A stretch of DNA of 64,000 nt from Candidatus Entotheonellaceae bacterium (lineage in GTDB: Bacteria > Tectomicrobia > Entotheonellia > Entotheonellales > Entotheonellaceae): assembly GCA_965238075.1 (NCBI GenBank), contig OZ250173.1, forward strand, positions 3,200,001 through 3,264,000. The letters are read 5' to 3'. Under the pieces are notes generated by a model. That model was not told the DNA's origin, did not search any database, and saw only the letters and a list, made by a program, of their open reading frames with translations. The position numbers and the translations under genes are program-made. Below, piece after piece: positions 46,096 through 56,290 of the stretch (positions are counted from its first letter, which is position 1; each line of letters starts with the position of its first letter).

Positions 46096-47886
46096 TCACC
46101 GAACGCTCCCCGCCGTCACGGGTCCGAAGTTGTCGCCTGCTCCCCGGCGGCCTGCCTCTGACGTTAGGAAGCCGTCGCGCCGTGCAGCGGGCTGAAATTG
46201 GACGCTCAGCTTGACACCGGCGGTGAATACGTCGTTACCGCGTGCGGGACTGAAGGCCTCGGCTCCGGCAGTGAACACCGTGTGCGGACTCGGTTGGTGT
46301 ACGAGATGGACGGACAGGGTCCTATTCCAGCCGCTCTCATCCATTTGCACGGTGCCGAATATCGTCCTGGCCTCACCGCCGGCGAATTTATCAAGGTTCA
46401 GGGCTGCATCAAACCGCGTGCCTTCCGAAACGGCGAATGACCGGCGGGCCGTGAACCCGATCGCCGTGCCTTCTGCCGACTCGATGAGCCCGCTTTCCCT
46501 TCCTTGGGCTATCTGGCGGGAGACGCGGAAGAACAGGTCACGGTGCCCGACGTTGGCCTCGTACCCAAGTGTCCGATCGTAGTTGTGCCTCTCGTCGAGT
46601 CCGAAGAAGTCATTGCGGATGCCCAAGCCGATGGATGCAAATAATTTACTCGCTTCGTGTTCGTACGCGCCGCCTGCGTACAGGTCGCCGTTGGGTTGAG
46701 AAAGGCGGAACGAAAGTCCCTCCCCCACCCCAGTCACGACAGGGGTTCCATGTTCGTGAAACCTGGCCAACACGCCGGGCGTGGTTCTTCCGAACGCTCC
46801 CGTCAACTCCGTTCCCAACGTAACGGCCTCGCCGTTCGGGGAAATGGCGAAATTGGATGTAATCTCGGCATCTCCGGGAAGGATTACGCGGTTCAGTTGC
46901 AGCGGCGCAACGGCATCATTGAATTCCCCCCTGTTGTCTACCAATCGCCATTCGCCGCTGGCGTCCAGAGTCGTTAAGCGTGTGAAATCCACCACGCCCA
47001 GTCCGTTGGGAAGGGTGGAAACCTGACGCACCGACGTTTTCAACATCCTGGCGAGATTCTGGTGGGTTGTATTTGGAAATACGGCCAGCACCGACGCCAG
47101 AGACGCGGCAACCCGTGGGGAGCCGAAGCTGGTGCCGGAGCCAACGCCCGGCGTCATAAACGGCACCCAGACACAGGCGCTGGAGACCGTATCGCAGCCG
47201 GACGAATGGGGATGACGAACGATGTCTCCGCTGGCGTTCACGTCATATCCGGCGACGTAGACGACCTTGTCGGTGTCTATGGCTCGTTTGATGCCGGTAT
47301 AGAGCGGATCATCGGGACGGACGGGAAACGCCTCCGTGTTTTCGTTTCCTGCGCTGTGGACGACCAGGAAATCGAGCGCATTGCCGTATTGCCCCACCAA
47401 GCCGTTACCGTCGGGAAGAATGGACAGAGACACAAGCCGGATCCCTGCATTGTCGAGCTCTCGTTTGAACCAGGCATTGGCGTGCCGAGAACCGGCTGGC
47501 AACCCCGCATCCGCGTAGTCGATCTCCTTGTAGTCACCGGCTCTGTTGTAGTTCTGGAAGTACGTAAACGGACGCGATCCCGTCTCTTCCGGGTCATCGC
47601 ATTCCACGATATACGACCAACACGAAGTCCGGCGGATCAGCCGCCCGTGCTCTCTGGAACCGTTGACCGAACTGTAGTGATCGGTCGCAGCCCACAGGGC
47701 GCGCATCTGTTCGTTTGTTTGCGAGATACGGGCAAGTGGAATCCTCTCAATGCCCGGGAGGGTTAACCGTCCGCGGCGCAGCGTCGGCGACGGAATTTGG
47801 GAACTCCCATCAGCAACGCCCCCGTCGCAGCCGTTCAGTAGGAAAAGGGATGAAATGAGGAGCGTTATAACCAAGAGTGTGCGCAT
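46096..47886 (-). CDS. Lipoprotein with S8 peptidase-like domain and beta-rich C-terminal domain
   Basis: Lipobox LNGC; HSAGNE; GTSFGSPRVA; alternating beta-strand C-terminus. Confidence 0.72.
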   Translation of the reverse strand: MRTLLVITLLISSLFLLNGCDGGVADGSSQIPSPTLRRGRLTLPGIERIPLARISQTNEQMRALWAATDHYSSVNGSREHGRLIRRTSCWSYIVECDDPEETGSRPFTYFQNYNRAGDYKEIDYADAGLPAGSRHANAWFKRELDNAGIRLVSLSILPDGNGLVGQYGNALDFLVVHSAGNENTEAFPVRPDDPLYTGIKRAIDTDKVVYVAGYDVNASGDIVRHPHSSGCDTVSSACVWVPFMTPGVGSGTSFGSPRVAASLASVLAVFPNTTHQNLARMLKTSVRQVSTLPNGLGVVDFTRLTTLDASGEWRLVDNRGEFNDAVAPLQLNRVILPGDAEITSNFAISPNGEAVTLGTELTGAFGRTTPGVLARFHEHGTPVVTGVGEGLSFRLSQPNGDLYAGGAYEHEASKLFASIGLGIRNDFFGLDERHNYDRTLGYEANVGHRDLFFRVSRQIAQGRESGLIESAEGTAIGFTARRSFAVSEGTRFDAALNLDKFAGGEARTIFGTVQMDESGWNRTLSVHLVHQPSPHTVFTAGAEAFSPARGNDVFTAGVKLSVQFQPAARRDGFLTSEAGRRGAGDNFGPVTAGSVR

Positions 47887-48134
47887 CTCGTTGTCCCCTT
47901 GGACCCCACAGGCGGTTGAATCCGTGCCTTATGGGGTCCACAACAGGGGGAACTCGTGGGTGTACCCATGCAATCTATTGCACGATTCGATCAAGGAAAA
48001 AGGTCTGGCGGGTTGGCCTGTCCAGGGCTTAACATGACTTTGCATGCCGGTGCTATGCAAGGGACCTCCGAGACCTTGCGGCCGGCCTTGAAGACACGGT
48101 CCCATAGTCCCTTTTCTACGGAGGTACAAAATCT

Positions 48135-48485
48135 ATGGTCTCGACAGCATTAACTCTTTTGACTGTCGTTATGTTTGTGTTGAACGTCGGACCAGTCTGG
48201 GCGGACTCGCCTGCTGAGGCTCCAAGTCAGATAGACTTACCAAGTGAGACTCAGTGTAAACCCACTGAATTGACGGACGAAGGAATGAACGGAGAAGGAC
48301 CCATCACTGTGGCAACCGTTAAGGTTTATTGCCAGTTTCGTATCTTCTGTCCGGCAGAGCACAAATGCTGCAATGCTGGTCCCACATTTTGGTGTTGTCC
48401 GCTACCTGCTACGTGTGATCCCAATATGGATGCCGCTGATTGGACGGGATGCCATGGAGCGCAAGGCGTCAATCCGCTTAGGTAG
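48135..48485 (+). CDS. Secreted cysteine-rich peptide with granulin-like motif
   Basis: GGAGG RBS; signal peptide ending VWA; C-x5-C-x5-CC-x7-CCPLP-x2-C-x11-C. Confidence 0.75.
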   Translation: MVSTALTLLTVVMFVLNVGPVWADSPAEAPSQIDLPSETQCKPTELTDEGMNGEGPITVATVKVYCQFRIFCPAEHKCCNAGPTFWCCPLPATCDPNMDAADWTGCHGAQGVNPLR

Positions 48486-48568
48486 CTGATGCAGTTGATT
48501 GTGGCGTAAGGCCGAAGCCAAGCTGACAGCTTCCCCTGGGTCAAGGCCGGATCAACCATCTGCATCTT

Positions 48569-50182
48569 CTAAGCAGGCGAGCGCCAGGCGGTCCGGAAGC
48601 CGCCCGCGTTGTAGGTGATATTGCCGGCGATGTTGGGGCGGTAGGCCCTGACGTGCTTGTGCCAGGCGGACAGGTTGTGGGCGCTGATCGTTCTGACTTT
48701 TGGCGCCTCGGCGTGAATCAATTTTTCGGCCTCGGCATACAACTGAACGCGCTCCGCTTTGTGCTCCGTGCGCCGCGCCGCAGCGATGAGTTTGTCGTAA
48801 TCGGCGTTCACCCAGCCTCCGTAGGTTTGCTTCGAAGCCGGACTCTCGGAGCTCAATTCCTTGAAGTAATACTCGTGGGGGTCCATCCGATAGGCGCTGC
48901 CCAGTCCGAGAATGTCCCACTCGCGGCTTTTGCGGGCCGCGGTCAATTGTCCCCAATCAAGAATCTTCAGGTTCACCATGAAGCCGATCTGCCGCAGATT
49001 CTGCTGGAGGATCTGCGCGCCCTCCTTGATGTAGTTGTAGCGGTTGAACGTGATCATGGTCAGCCGCGTGCCCGGCCTGACACCCGCCTCCTTGAGCAAC
49101 CGCCTGGCTTCGTCCGGGTTGTGCTCCCACGACGACACGCCGGGCAGCCGCCACGGCGACGCCTCGGTGTAGAACTGATCCATGATCTCGCCGTGCCCGA
49201 ACAGCGTCTTGCGCATGATCTCCTGCTTGTCCACCGCCATGGCCACCGCGCGCCGCACCCGCACGTCGTCGAACGGCGGGCGTTGGGCGTTGAAGTAATA
49301 CCAGATGGTGCCGAGCGCCTTGATCTGGTAGGTGTCGAAGGTGTCCGTCCACTCGCTGAAACGCGCTTGGTCGCGGTAGCTGGCGGCGTCGATCATGTCC
49401 ACCTCGCCGGTGCGCAGGGCGGTCAGCCGCACGGTGTCGTCGGCCAGGGGCTTGCCGATGATTTCGTCCAGATACGGCAGCGCGTTGCCGTCGGCGTCCT
49501 TTTCCCAGTAGGTGTCGTGGCGGGCCATCACGGTGGTGTGCAGGCGCTTCCAGGAGACGAACTTGAACGGGCCGGTGGCGATGGGGTGCTGCTTGATCGA
49601 GTCGAGGCTCTGCGGGTCGATGATCGGCACCCAGCGGTTGGTCAGCATGGCCGGCAGCGGGTAGTACTTGTCCTTCAGCGTGGTGCGCAGGGTGAAGTCG
49701 TCGAGCAACTCGATTTTGTCGATGATGCTTAATTCCCCGCGAATCACCGCGCCGGTTCTGGGGTTCAGGACGCGTTCCAGGTTGGCCTTGACGTCGGCGC
49801 CGGTCATTTGCCGGCCGTTGTGAAAGGTGACGTCCTTGCGGATATGCCACGTCCAGATCAGGCCGTCCTTCGACGTTTCCCAAGCGTGCGCCAGGGCGGG
49901 CACGACGTTGGTGTCGTAGTCCGCCTCCGTGAGGCCATTGTAGATCAGCGACAGCGCGTTGGAGGTCGGATACGGCGGGAAGAAATGATGCGGGTCGAGC
50001 CGGCTGACGTCGCCCCGCAGGCCGATCTTGACCGAACCGCCATAGTTGGGCTGCGTGGCTGCCTGCGCAGTCGTTAGCGGCAAGCCCAACGCCGCCAAGC
50101 CGATAACGCCGCTGCCCGCCGCGGCCACGAACTCGCGGCGGCTCAGGCGCAATACCGCGTCCGTCTTTTCGAATGGTGTCAT
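48569..50182 (-). CDS. ABC transporter substrate-binding protein, family 5, Tat signal
   Basis: SRREFV; PALAHAWETS..DVTFHNG; PFDDVRVRRAV. Confidence 0.92.
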   Translation of the reverse strand: MTPFEKTDAVLRLSRREFVAAAGSGVIGLAALGLPLTTAQAATQPNYGGSVKIGLRGDVSRLDPHHFFPPYPTSNALSLIYNGLTEADYDTNVVPALAHAWETSKDGLIWTWHIRKDVTFHNGRQMTGADVKANLERVLNPRTGAVIRGELSIIDKIELLDDFTLRTTLKDKYYPLPAMLTNRWVPIIDPQSLDSIKQHPIATGPFKFVSWKRLHTTVMARHDTYWEKDADGNALPYLDEIIGKPLADDTVRLTALRTGEVDMIDAASYRDQARFSEWTDTFDTYQIKALGTIWYYFNAQRPPFDDVRVRRAVAMAVDKQEIMRKTLFGHGEIMDQFYTEASPWRLPGVSSWEHNPDEARRLLKEAGVRPGTRLTMITFNRYNYIKEGAQILQQNLRQIGFMVNLKILDWGQLTAARKSREWDILGLGSAYRMDPHEYYFKELSSESPASKQTYGGWVNADYDKLIAAARRTEHKAERVQLYAEAEKLIHAEAPKVRTISAHNLSAWHKHVRAYRPNIAGNITYNAGGFRTAWRSPA

Positions 50183-50194
50183 GCCTTGCAACTC

Positions 50195-51172
50195 CTATTG
50201 CTCGACTTGGCGGGGATCGAGAATGTCCCGCAGGCCGTCGCCAAACAGGTTGAATCCCAGAACGGTGAGCGACAGCGCCAGACCCGGAAAAATGGTCAGC
50301 AGCGGGTAGGTTTCCATGAAATTCTTCGCCTCGTTGAGGTCGGCGCCCCACGCCGGAGTAGGTGGCTGCGCGCCGAGGCCCAGGAATGCCAGGGCGGCCT
50401 CGACGATGATCAGGAAGCCAACGGATACGCTGGCCTGCACGATGATGGGCGACAGGCAATTGGGGAGAATCTGCCGAAAGGTGATGTTGAGGTTGGAATC
50501 GCCGATGATGTGCGACGCCTCGACGTATTCTTTGGCCTTTTCGGACAGCACGCTGCCGCGCACCAGCCGTGCCAGCAGCGGCACCTGGGCGACCCCCAGC
50601 GCCATGATGAGCACCAGATCGCTGCCGCCAAAGATGGCCACGACCAGCAGGAAGAACAGAATGCCAGGTATCGCCAGCCAGGCATCGACGAGGCGCATGA
50701 TGATGTTGTCGAGGGGCACTCGGACCTGGCGGCCGGCGAGGCGCACGGTGATGGTGCCGTAATAACCGGACACGGCGCCAAGCGGCACGCCGAGCAGGAT
50801 GCCCAGCACCACGGCGGAGACGCTGATGACCATGGCCCGCCGGGCGCCGTGCACCACCCGCGACCAGATGTCGCGCCCAAAGGGGTCGGTACCGAACCAG
50901 TGCTCCCAACTGACGGGGGCCAGGGCGGTTTCGGTCATGCTGAAGGGATCGTGGCGGGCCAGGACGTCGGCGAAAATGGCGACCAGGACCATCACCAGAA
51001 CAATGAACGCGCCGCAGGAAGCCAGCTTGCTCTTCCACAATTCGCCGGCCATGTCTTTCAGGTAGGCCCCGGCGCGGCGTAGCCGGGTGATCAGGGTCGG
51101 CGCCTCAACCCTTATGTCCTCCTGATTCAGCAGGCGACTGCTGACGTCGCGTGCGACGCTGTCCGTAGCCAT
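50195..51172 (-). CDS. Peptide/nickel ABC permease (DppC-like)
   Basis: HWFGTDPFGRDIWSR, EYVEAS and FNLFGDGLRDILDP. Confidence 0.93.
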   Translation of the reverse strand: MATDSVARDVSSRLLNQEDIRVEAPTLITRLRRAGAYLKDMAGELWKSKLASCGAFIVLVMVLVAIFADVLARHDPFSMTETALAPVSWEHWFGTDPFGRDIWSRVVHGARRAMVISVSAVVLGILLGVPLGAVSGYYGTITVRLAGRQVRVPLDNIIMRLVDAWLAIPGILFFLLVVAIFGGSDLVLIMALGVAQVPLLARLVRGSVLSEKAKEYVEASHIIGDSNLNITFRQILPNCLSPIIVQASVSVGFLIIVEAALAFLGLGAQPPTPAWGADLNEAKNFMETYPLLTIFPGLALSLTVLGFNLFGDGLRDILDPRQVEQ

Positions 51173-51200
51173 CAGCGTGTCTCCCCTCCCCCTGCCCGGT

Positions 51201-52151
51201 TCAACTCAGCTCGACGCGCGGGTTGACCAGGCGATACATCAGATCGACCACAAGGTTGATGCCGACGAAAAAGATGGCCAGAAGCATCACGGCACCCTGC
51301 AGTACCGGAAAGTCCCGCGCGTTGATGTGCTCGAAGATCAACAGCCCGATGCCCGGCCAGCCGAAGATGGTTTCGATGATGATGGTGCCGCCCAACTGGC
51401 GGGCGAACAGCAGGCCGACGATGGTGATGGTGGGAATCAGGGCGTTTTTGAGCGTGTACTTGAAGATAATCTTCCATTCCGGCAGGCCCTGCGCGCGGGC
51501 GGTGTAGACGTAGTCCTTGTTGAGCTCGTCCAGCATGCTGGAGCGGGTCATGCGGGTGGCCACGGCGCACGGGTACGCCGCCAGCACGATGGCCGGCATG
51601 ATGAAATGCTTCAGGCTGCCGAAAAAGTCCTGCATCGGGTCGACGTAGCCCATGCTCGGCAGCCAGCGCAGGCCGAGCGAGAACAGCAGGATCATCATCA
51701 GGGCGAGCCAGAAATTCGGCACCGTGAGGCCGAACACCGAGGTGCCCATGGCCACGTAATCGATCATGGTGTTCTTGCGCAGTGCCGCGATGGTGCCCAT
51801 GGGGATGGCCACCGCAATGGCGAGCACGACGGCGGCAAGGGCCAAGTATAAGGTGGCGGGAAAGCGCTCCATGATGAGGCCGCCGACCGGTAGCTGACTG
51901 TAGATCGATTCCCCGAAATCACCCTGAAGGGCGCGCCACAGCCAATCGAAATACTGCACCAGGACGGGGCGGTCGAGGCCCAATTCCTTTTCCAGGATGA
52001 GGCGGACTTCTTCGTCGAGGACTTCGTCGGGCGGCACCATCATTTCGATGGGTCCACCGGGCAGGAAGCGGAATATGAAAAAGACGAAAGCGGTGAGCAG
52101 AAACAGGATGGGAATGAGGTTCAGCAGGCGCCGCACGGTGTAGGCCAGCAT
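51201..52151 (-). CDS. Peptide/nickel ABC permease (DppB-like)
   Basis: LQGDFGES, DYVYTARAQG, ETIFGWPGIG and RDFPVLQG. Confidence 0.93.
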   Translation of the reverse strand: MLAYTVRRLLNLIPILFLLTAFVFFIFRFLPGGPIEMMVPPDEVLDEEVRLILEKELGLDRPVLVQYFDWLWRALQGDFGESIYSQLPVGGLIMERFPATLYLALAAVVLAIAVAIPMGTIAALRKNTMIDYVAMGTSVFGLTVPNFWLALMMILLFSLGLRWLPSMGYVDPMQDFFGSLKHFIMPAIVLAAYPCAVATRMTRSSMLDELNKDYVYTARAQGLPEWKIIFKYTLKNALIPTITIVGLLFARQLGGTIIIETIFGWPGIGLLIFEHINARDFPVLQGAVMLLAIFFVGINLVVDLMYRLVNPRVELS

Positions 52152-52335
52152 GATATCTCCCTTTTGAAGGCCCGACACTAAAAGCGGCGCCATTCTACAC
52201 ACAATTCCGGGCCGGACAAACGAGAAAAAGGCGGGCAAAACCGCGCTTCCGGCGGCTGGCGGGTATTCGGCAGGCGCTGGTGTCATAATAGGAAAAAACG
52301 GTTCACCGGTTCATCAAAATTGTTCGGAGGACACA

Positions 52336-53892
52336 ATGGCGGAACAGGCGGCACCCTATTCCCCGGCCAGGAAATGGCTGATTTCGGCCACAGTGATGCT
52401 GGCAACGTATGTCTCGGTGATTGATCTGACCATTGTCAACGTGGCGATGCCGCAGATGATGGGCACCTTCGGGGTGACGCTGGATGCCATCACCTGGGTG
52501 GCGGTGTCGTACAGCATCGCCGAAATCGTCATGGTGACCATGGCCTCCTGGTTCACCAGGCTGCTGGGGCGCAAGCGCTTTTACCTGTATTGTCTGGGCC
52601 TGTTCACGGTCGCCTCGGTGCTCAGCGGCCTGGCGCGTTCGCTGGAGATGATGATCATCACCCGCCTGCTGCAGGGCCTCGGCGGCGGCGCGCTGATTCC
52701 CATGGCGCAGGCCATCATGCTGGAGATCTTCCCGGCGGAAAAGCGCGGCACGGCGATGGCGGTGTTCATGATGGGTGTGGTGCTGGCGCCTGCCATGGGG
52801 CCGGTGCTGGGCGGCTGGTTGACCGATGCCTACGGTTGGCCGTGGATCTTCTACATCAACATTCCCATCGGTGTGCTCAGCGTTCTTCTGGTACTGGCCT
52901 TCCTGCCCGAGGCGTCGTATTACGAGCGCGGCCTGGCGCGCATTGACGTGGTCGGCATCGTCCTGCTGGTGGTCGGACTGACGACCCTGCAGTTGTTCCT
53001 CGAACGCGGCGAGCGCGAGGATTGGTTCCAATCGACCTTCATCATCTGCGCCGCGGCGATTACGCTGGTGTCGCTGACGGCGCTGGTGCTGTGGGAGTTG
53101 TGGGTCGAGGAGCCGGTGGTCAACCTGCGGGTGCTTAAGAACCTGCCCTTCGTCGGTGGCGTGTCGATGGGGCTGTTCTTCGGCCTCACCACTTTCGGCA
53201 GCATCTTTATTCTCCCCTTGTTCCTACAGCAGATTCGCGGTTACACGGTACTGGATTCCGGCCTCATTCAGATGCCGCGCATGCTGGTCGTGCTGTTCGT
53301 GGCGCCCATTGCCGGAAAGGTCTACGGACGCCTGGATAACCGCCTGTTGGCCTTCTTCGGCACCGCCATCATGATGGCCGGGTATCTCGACATGTCGCGC
53401 TTCACGCTGGAGGTCGGCTGGGAGCGCATGCTGCCAGGACTGCTGCTGACCGGCGCCGGCATGGCGTTCCTGTTCAGCGTGCTGTCGGCCGCGACCATGA
53501 GCACCATTCCGCCGTCGCAGTTGATCGCCGCCGCCGGGATGTTCACGCTGTCGCGCCGCATTGGCGGTAATATCGGTTATGCCTTCGTGGCCAATCAGAT
53601 CACGCGCCGCGCCACGTTCCACCGCGCCCGGCTGGTGGATCACGTGACGCCCTACGACGCCGAGACCGCGCGGACGTTGGACGGTCTGACGGGCAGTCTG
53701 ACGGCCCGCGGTTTGCCGCCCGGCACGGCGGAGTCGAGCGCCTTGCAGCTCCTGGAAAACGTCGTGGACCGCCAGGCCACCATGATGGCGTACAACGACG
53801 TGTTCTGGATGATGGGCATGATGTTCGTGTTCGGCCTGCCGTTCCTGCTGCTGCTTGGCAGCGGCACCACGCCGGCGGCGCGCAAAGGCTGA
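52336..53892 (+). CDS. DHA2 (EmrB/QacA) MFS efflux permease
   Basis: DLTIVNVAMP, RLLQGLGGG and GPVLGGWLTDAYGWPWIFYINIP. Confidence 0.93.
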   Translation: MAEQAAPYSPARKWLISATVMLATYVSVIDLTIVNVAMPQMMGTFGVTLDAITWVAVSYSIAEIVMVTMASWFTRLLGRKRFYLYCLGLFTVASVLSGLARSLEMMIITRLLQGLGGGALIPMAQAIMLEIFPAEKRGTAMAVFMMGVVLAPAMGPVLGGWLTDAYGWPWIFYINIPIGVLSVLLVLAFLPEASYYERGLARIDVVGIVLLVVGLTTLQLFLERGEREDWFQSTFIICAAAITLVSLTALVLWELWVEEPVVNLRVLKNLPFVGGVSMGLFFGLTTFGSIFILPLFLQQIRGYTVLDSGLIQMPRMLVVLFVAPIAGKVYGRLDNRLLAFFGTAIMMAGYLDMSRFTLEVGWERMLPGLLLTGAGMAFLFSVLSAATMSTIPPSQLIAAAGMFTLSRRIGGNIGYAFVANQITRRATFHRARLVDHVTPYDAETARTLDGLTGSLTARGLPPGTAESSALQLLENVVDRQATMMAYNDVFWMMGMMFVFGLPFLLLLGSGTTPAARKG

Positions 53893-53916
53893 ACGGATTC
53901 AAACATTGGACGGGTT

Positions 53917-54372
53917 ATGGCGGACAGCGACGTGTTGGGCTACGGCGGGTTGTTTCTGGGGTCATTCCTGGCGCCAACGATCCTGCCTCTGAACTCGGAG
54001 GCCGTGCTGGCTGCCATGGTGCTCGGCGGATTCGATCCTGTCGCGTGCGTGCTGGTGGCCTCCGTCGGCAATTCCCTGGGCGGCATGACGTCTTACTTCA
54101 TGGGTTACGTCGGCAAGTGGGCATGGGTGGAGCGGCTGTTTGCCCGCAATCAAGACAAGGTTGCCAAGGTGAAGGCGTGGGCAGACCGCTATGGCAGCCG
54201 TGCTGCCCTGTTTTGCTGGCTGCCGGTCGTGGGCGATCCGCTCGCCGTCGCCTTGGGATTCGCGCGCAGCCCCGTTTGGCAGGTCGGTTTCTACATGCTG
54301 GCCGGCAAATTCCTCAGATACGCCGTCTGGGTCTGGCTCATCCGCCAGGGGGCGCGCCTTTTCGGTCCGTAA
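53917..54372 (+). CDS. YqaA/DedA (VTT) membrane protein
   Basis: FLAPTILPLNSE, GNSLGG, WLPVVGD and GKFLRY. Confidence 0.9.
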   Translation: MADSDVLGYGGLFLGSFLAPTILPLNSEAVLAAMVLGGFDPVACVLVASVGNSLGGMTSYFMGYVGKWAWVERLFARNQDKVAKVKAWADRYGSRAALFCWLPVVGDPLAVALGFARSPVWQVGFYMLAGKFLRYAVWVWLIRQGARLFGP

Positions 54373-54377
54373 CGGCC

Positions 54378-56093
54378 TCACTTCCCCTGTAAACGCCTCA
54401 GTTGCTCCATTTCCAGCGCAAACCACAAGGCCATGGAACCGCCGCGGTTATCGTGACCGAAGACCGCCGGGCGGTCCAGGTACGCTTGCAGGCTGTCCTG
54501 AGCGCCGGTGTCGGTGCAGCAATCGACCAGGCCGCCGGCGTCGTCGATGCGCTCGGTGACACCTCGCCAGGCGCGGTCCACCGAATCCCTGTATGACTCG
54601 TCCAGCCAGCCGCGGCGCAGGGCGCGGGTCATGGCGTAACCCGTCATGCAGGTGGCGGTGAACTCGAGATACGAACCGGGCGTATCCAGAACCTGCGGGT
54701 ACATGCCGGAGGCGTGCTGACGGCTGCGCAAGGCTTCCAGGTGACGTACGTGTTGGTCGATCAACGCCCCGCGGTCGGGATGATCCTCGGGCAGATACGT
54801 CAGCGTTTCGGCGTAGCCCAGTGCGGCGAAGCCGTTGCCGCGTCCCCAGAACCAGGGCGTCGAGCGAGCGTGCCAGAACAAGCCGTCGTCCTGCTGGGTG
54901 CGGGCGCTGAGCAGGAACCGGGTGAGCAGGTCGAGGTAGCGAGTCTCACCGCTGAGCCGGAAGGCGCGGCCCAGCATGGCGCCGTTCATGAACATGTCTT
55001 CGGTGCGGAAATCGGCGTCAGACGGCGGCGGTGCGCCCCCGTCGGTGCCGGGCTGGTAGCGGTCGGCCATCTGCACGACCAGATCGGCATAGCGGCGTTC
55101 GCGGGTCGAATCGGCGAGTTGCATGGCCCATATCAATCCCGCCAATGCGGGGGTGCCGGGCTCGCCTTCAAACCACGGCTTGTCGCCGTCCACGTAGGGC
55201 GCCACGACCTCCGCGATGGCCGCCGACGGGTTGGAATAGGTAGGGTCAAGGCGCGCCAGCCGCAGCCGCGCGCTGAGGCTCATGCCTTGCGTATACACCA
55301 CGGGTTCGAGGCTGTGGCCGTAAATGGTGGCCAGCAGGCGGGCGATGCCCAGGGGCGTCCGAGTGCTGCGATTGTACAGTTCCCGTCGCGCCGGTGAGGT
55401 GCGCAGACCAGGGGTTTGCTGCAGCACCGACCACAGACGGCCTAGTTCCTCCCGCAACGCGGCGGCGGGTGTGGTGAGCCGCAGGCCGGGCACGGCGCCA
55501 AGGCCGTTTGCCATGTGGCTGCCGAGCGCCGCCAGGAGGCTGCCGGCGGTCTCTTCCATTCGGGTGGCCTCGATGGTGGGCAATAACAGGGTCGCTGAGG
55601 CCGAAGATACCCACGACACTTCCTCCCCGGCTTGGACCTCCAGGATGAGATCGGGTGCTTGCAGGCCGATCCAACGCCACAGATACCTCTGCTCGGGGTT
55701 GCGGCGATCGTTGAAGAAACCCACGATGGGTGGATAATTCTCGGCGGGACGCCCGCCGGCGCCGTTCTCAGGCGCGACGCCCAGAGCCATGCCGTCCGGA
55801 TTGGCGCACGGCACGGCGCTCAGGGCCACGGTGTCGCTCAGTGTCTCGCCGCCGTCGAGGTATATCTTCATGGCATCCAGAGCCAGTGCGGTGTCGGCCT
55901 TTTCGCCGGACAAGCCACTGAGCAGCAATACGCGGGTGCGGGGCGTTTCCGTCACGTACGCCTCGCCGTGCAGCAGTGCCGGGATGGCCGTCTGGGAGCG
56001 CGTCAAGCCCGCCGCATCCAGGCTCCACAGGCCGTTGGCGGCGGCGATCAGTTGTTGCAGGTCTTTCATGATGGGTAAGGACTTCGACTCCAT
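54378..56093 (-). CDS. Fusion of a degenerate M14 carboxypeptidase-like domain and a GH88/GH105 domain
   Basis: N-terminal VPCANPDG..NPE..PDLILE; C-terminal EDMFM, GLFWH, WGRGNG, QHASGMY..LD and YLE. Confidence 0.75.
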   Translation of the reverse strand: MESKSLPIMKDLQQLIAAANGLWSLDAAGLTRSQTAIPALLHGEAYVTETPRTRVLLLSGLSGEKADTALALDAMKIYLDGGETLSDTVALSAVPCANPDGMALGVAPENGAGGRPAENYPPIVGFFNDRRNPEQRYLWRWIGLQAPDLILEVQAGEEVSWVSSASATLLLPTIEATRMEETAGSLLAALGSHMANGLGAVPGLRLTTPAAALREELGRLWSVLQQTPGLRTSPARRELYNRSTRTPLGIARLLATIYGHSLEPVVYTQGMSLSARLRLARLDPTYSNPSAAIAEVVAPYVDGDKPWFEGEPGTPALAGLIWAMQLADSTRERRYADLVVQMADRYQPGTDGGAPPPSDADFRTEDMFMNGAMLGRAFRLSGETRYLDLLTRFLLSARTQQDDGLFWHARSTPWFWGRGNGFAALGYAETLTYLPEDHPDRGALIDQHVRHLEALRSRQHASGMYPQVLDTPGSYLEFTATCMTGYAMTRALRRGWLDESYRDSVDRAWRGVTERIDDAGGLVDCCTDTGAQDSLQAYLDRPAVFGHDNRGGSMALWFALEMEQLRRLQGK

Positions 56094-56290
56094 GCGGCTC
56101 CATTCTCTAGGCAAGTTGGTAATCACGTTTGCGTGTCCGCTCTGGCGGCATTGCTTCTTGTCAGCGGCGCGCCACTTGGTAGCACGGGGTTCGACGCGAT
56201 GTCAAACGCGGGCTTGACACGCCGCACGGGGGTGCCGGAAGCTGGCAGGTTGAAATCGAACGAATCGGGGCATCTGACTTGGAGACGAGG

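Noticed and set aside
48957-51038. 693-aa ORF and similar long Arg/Pro/Gly-rich alternate-frame ORFs throughout
   Set aside because: High-GC off-frame or antisense shadows of well-supported genes
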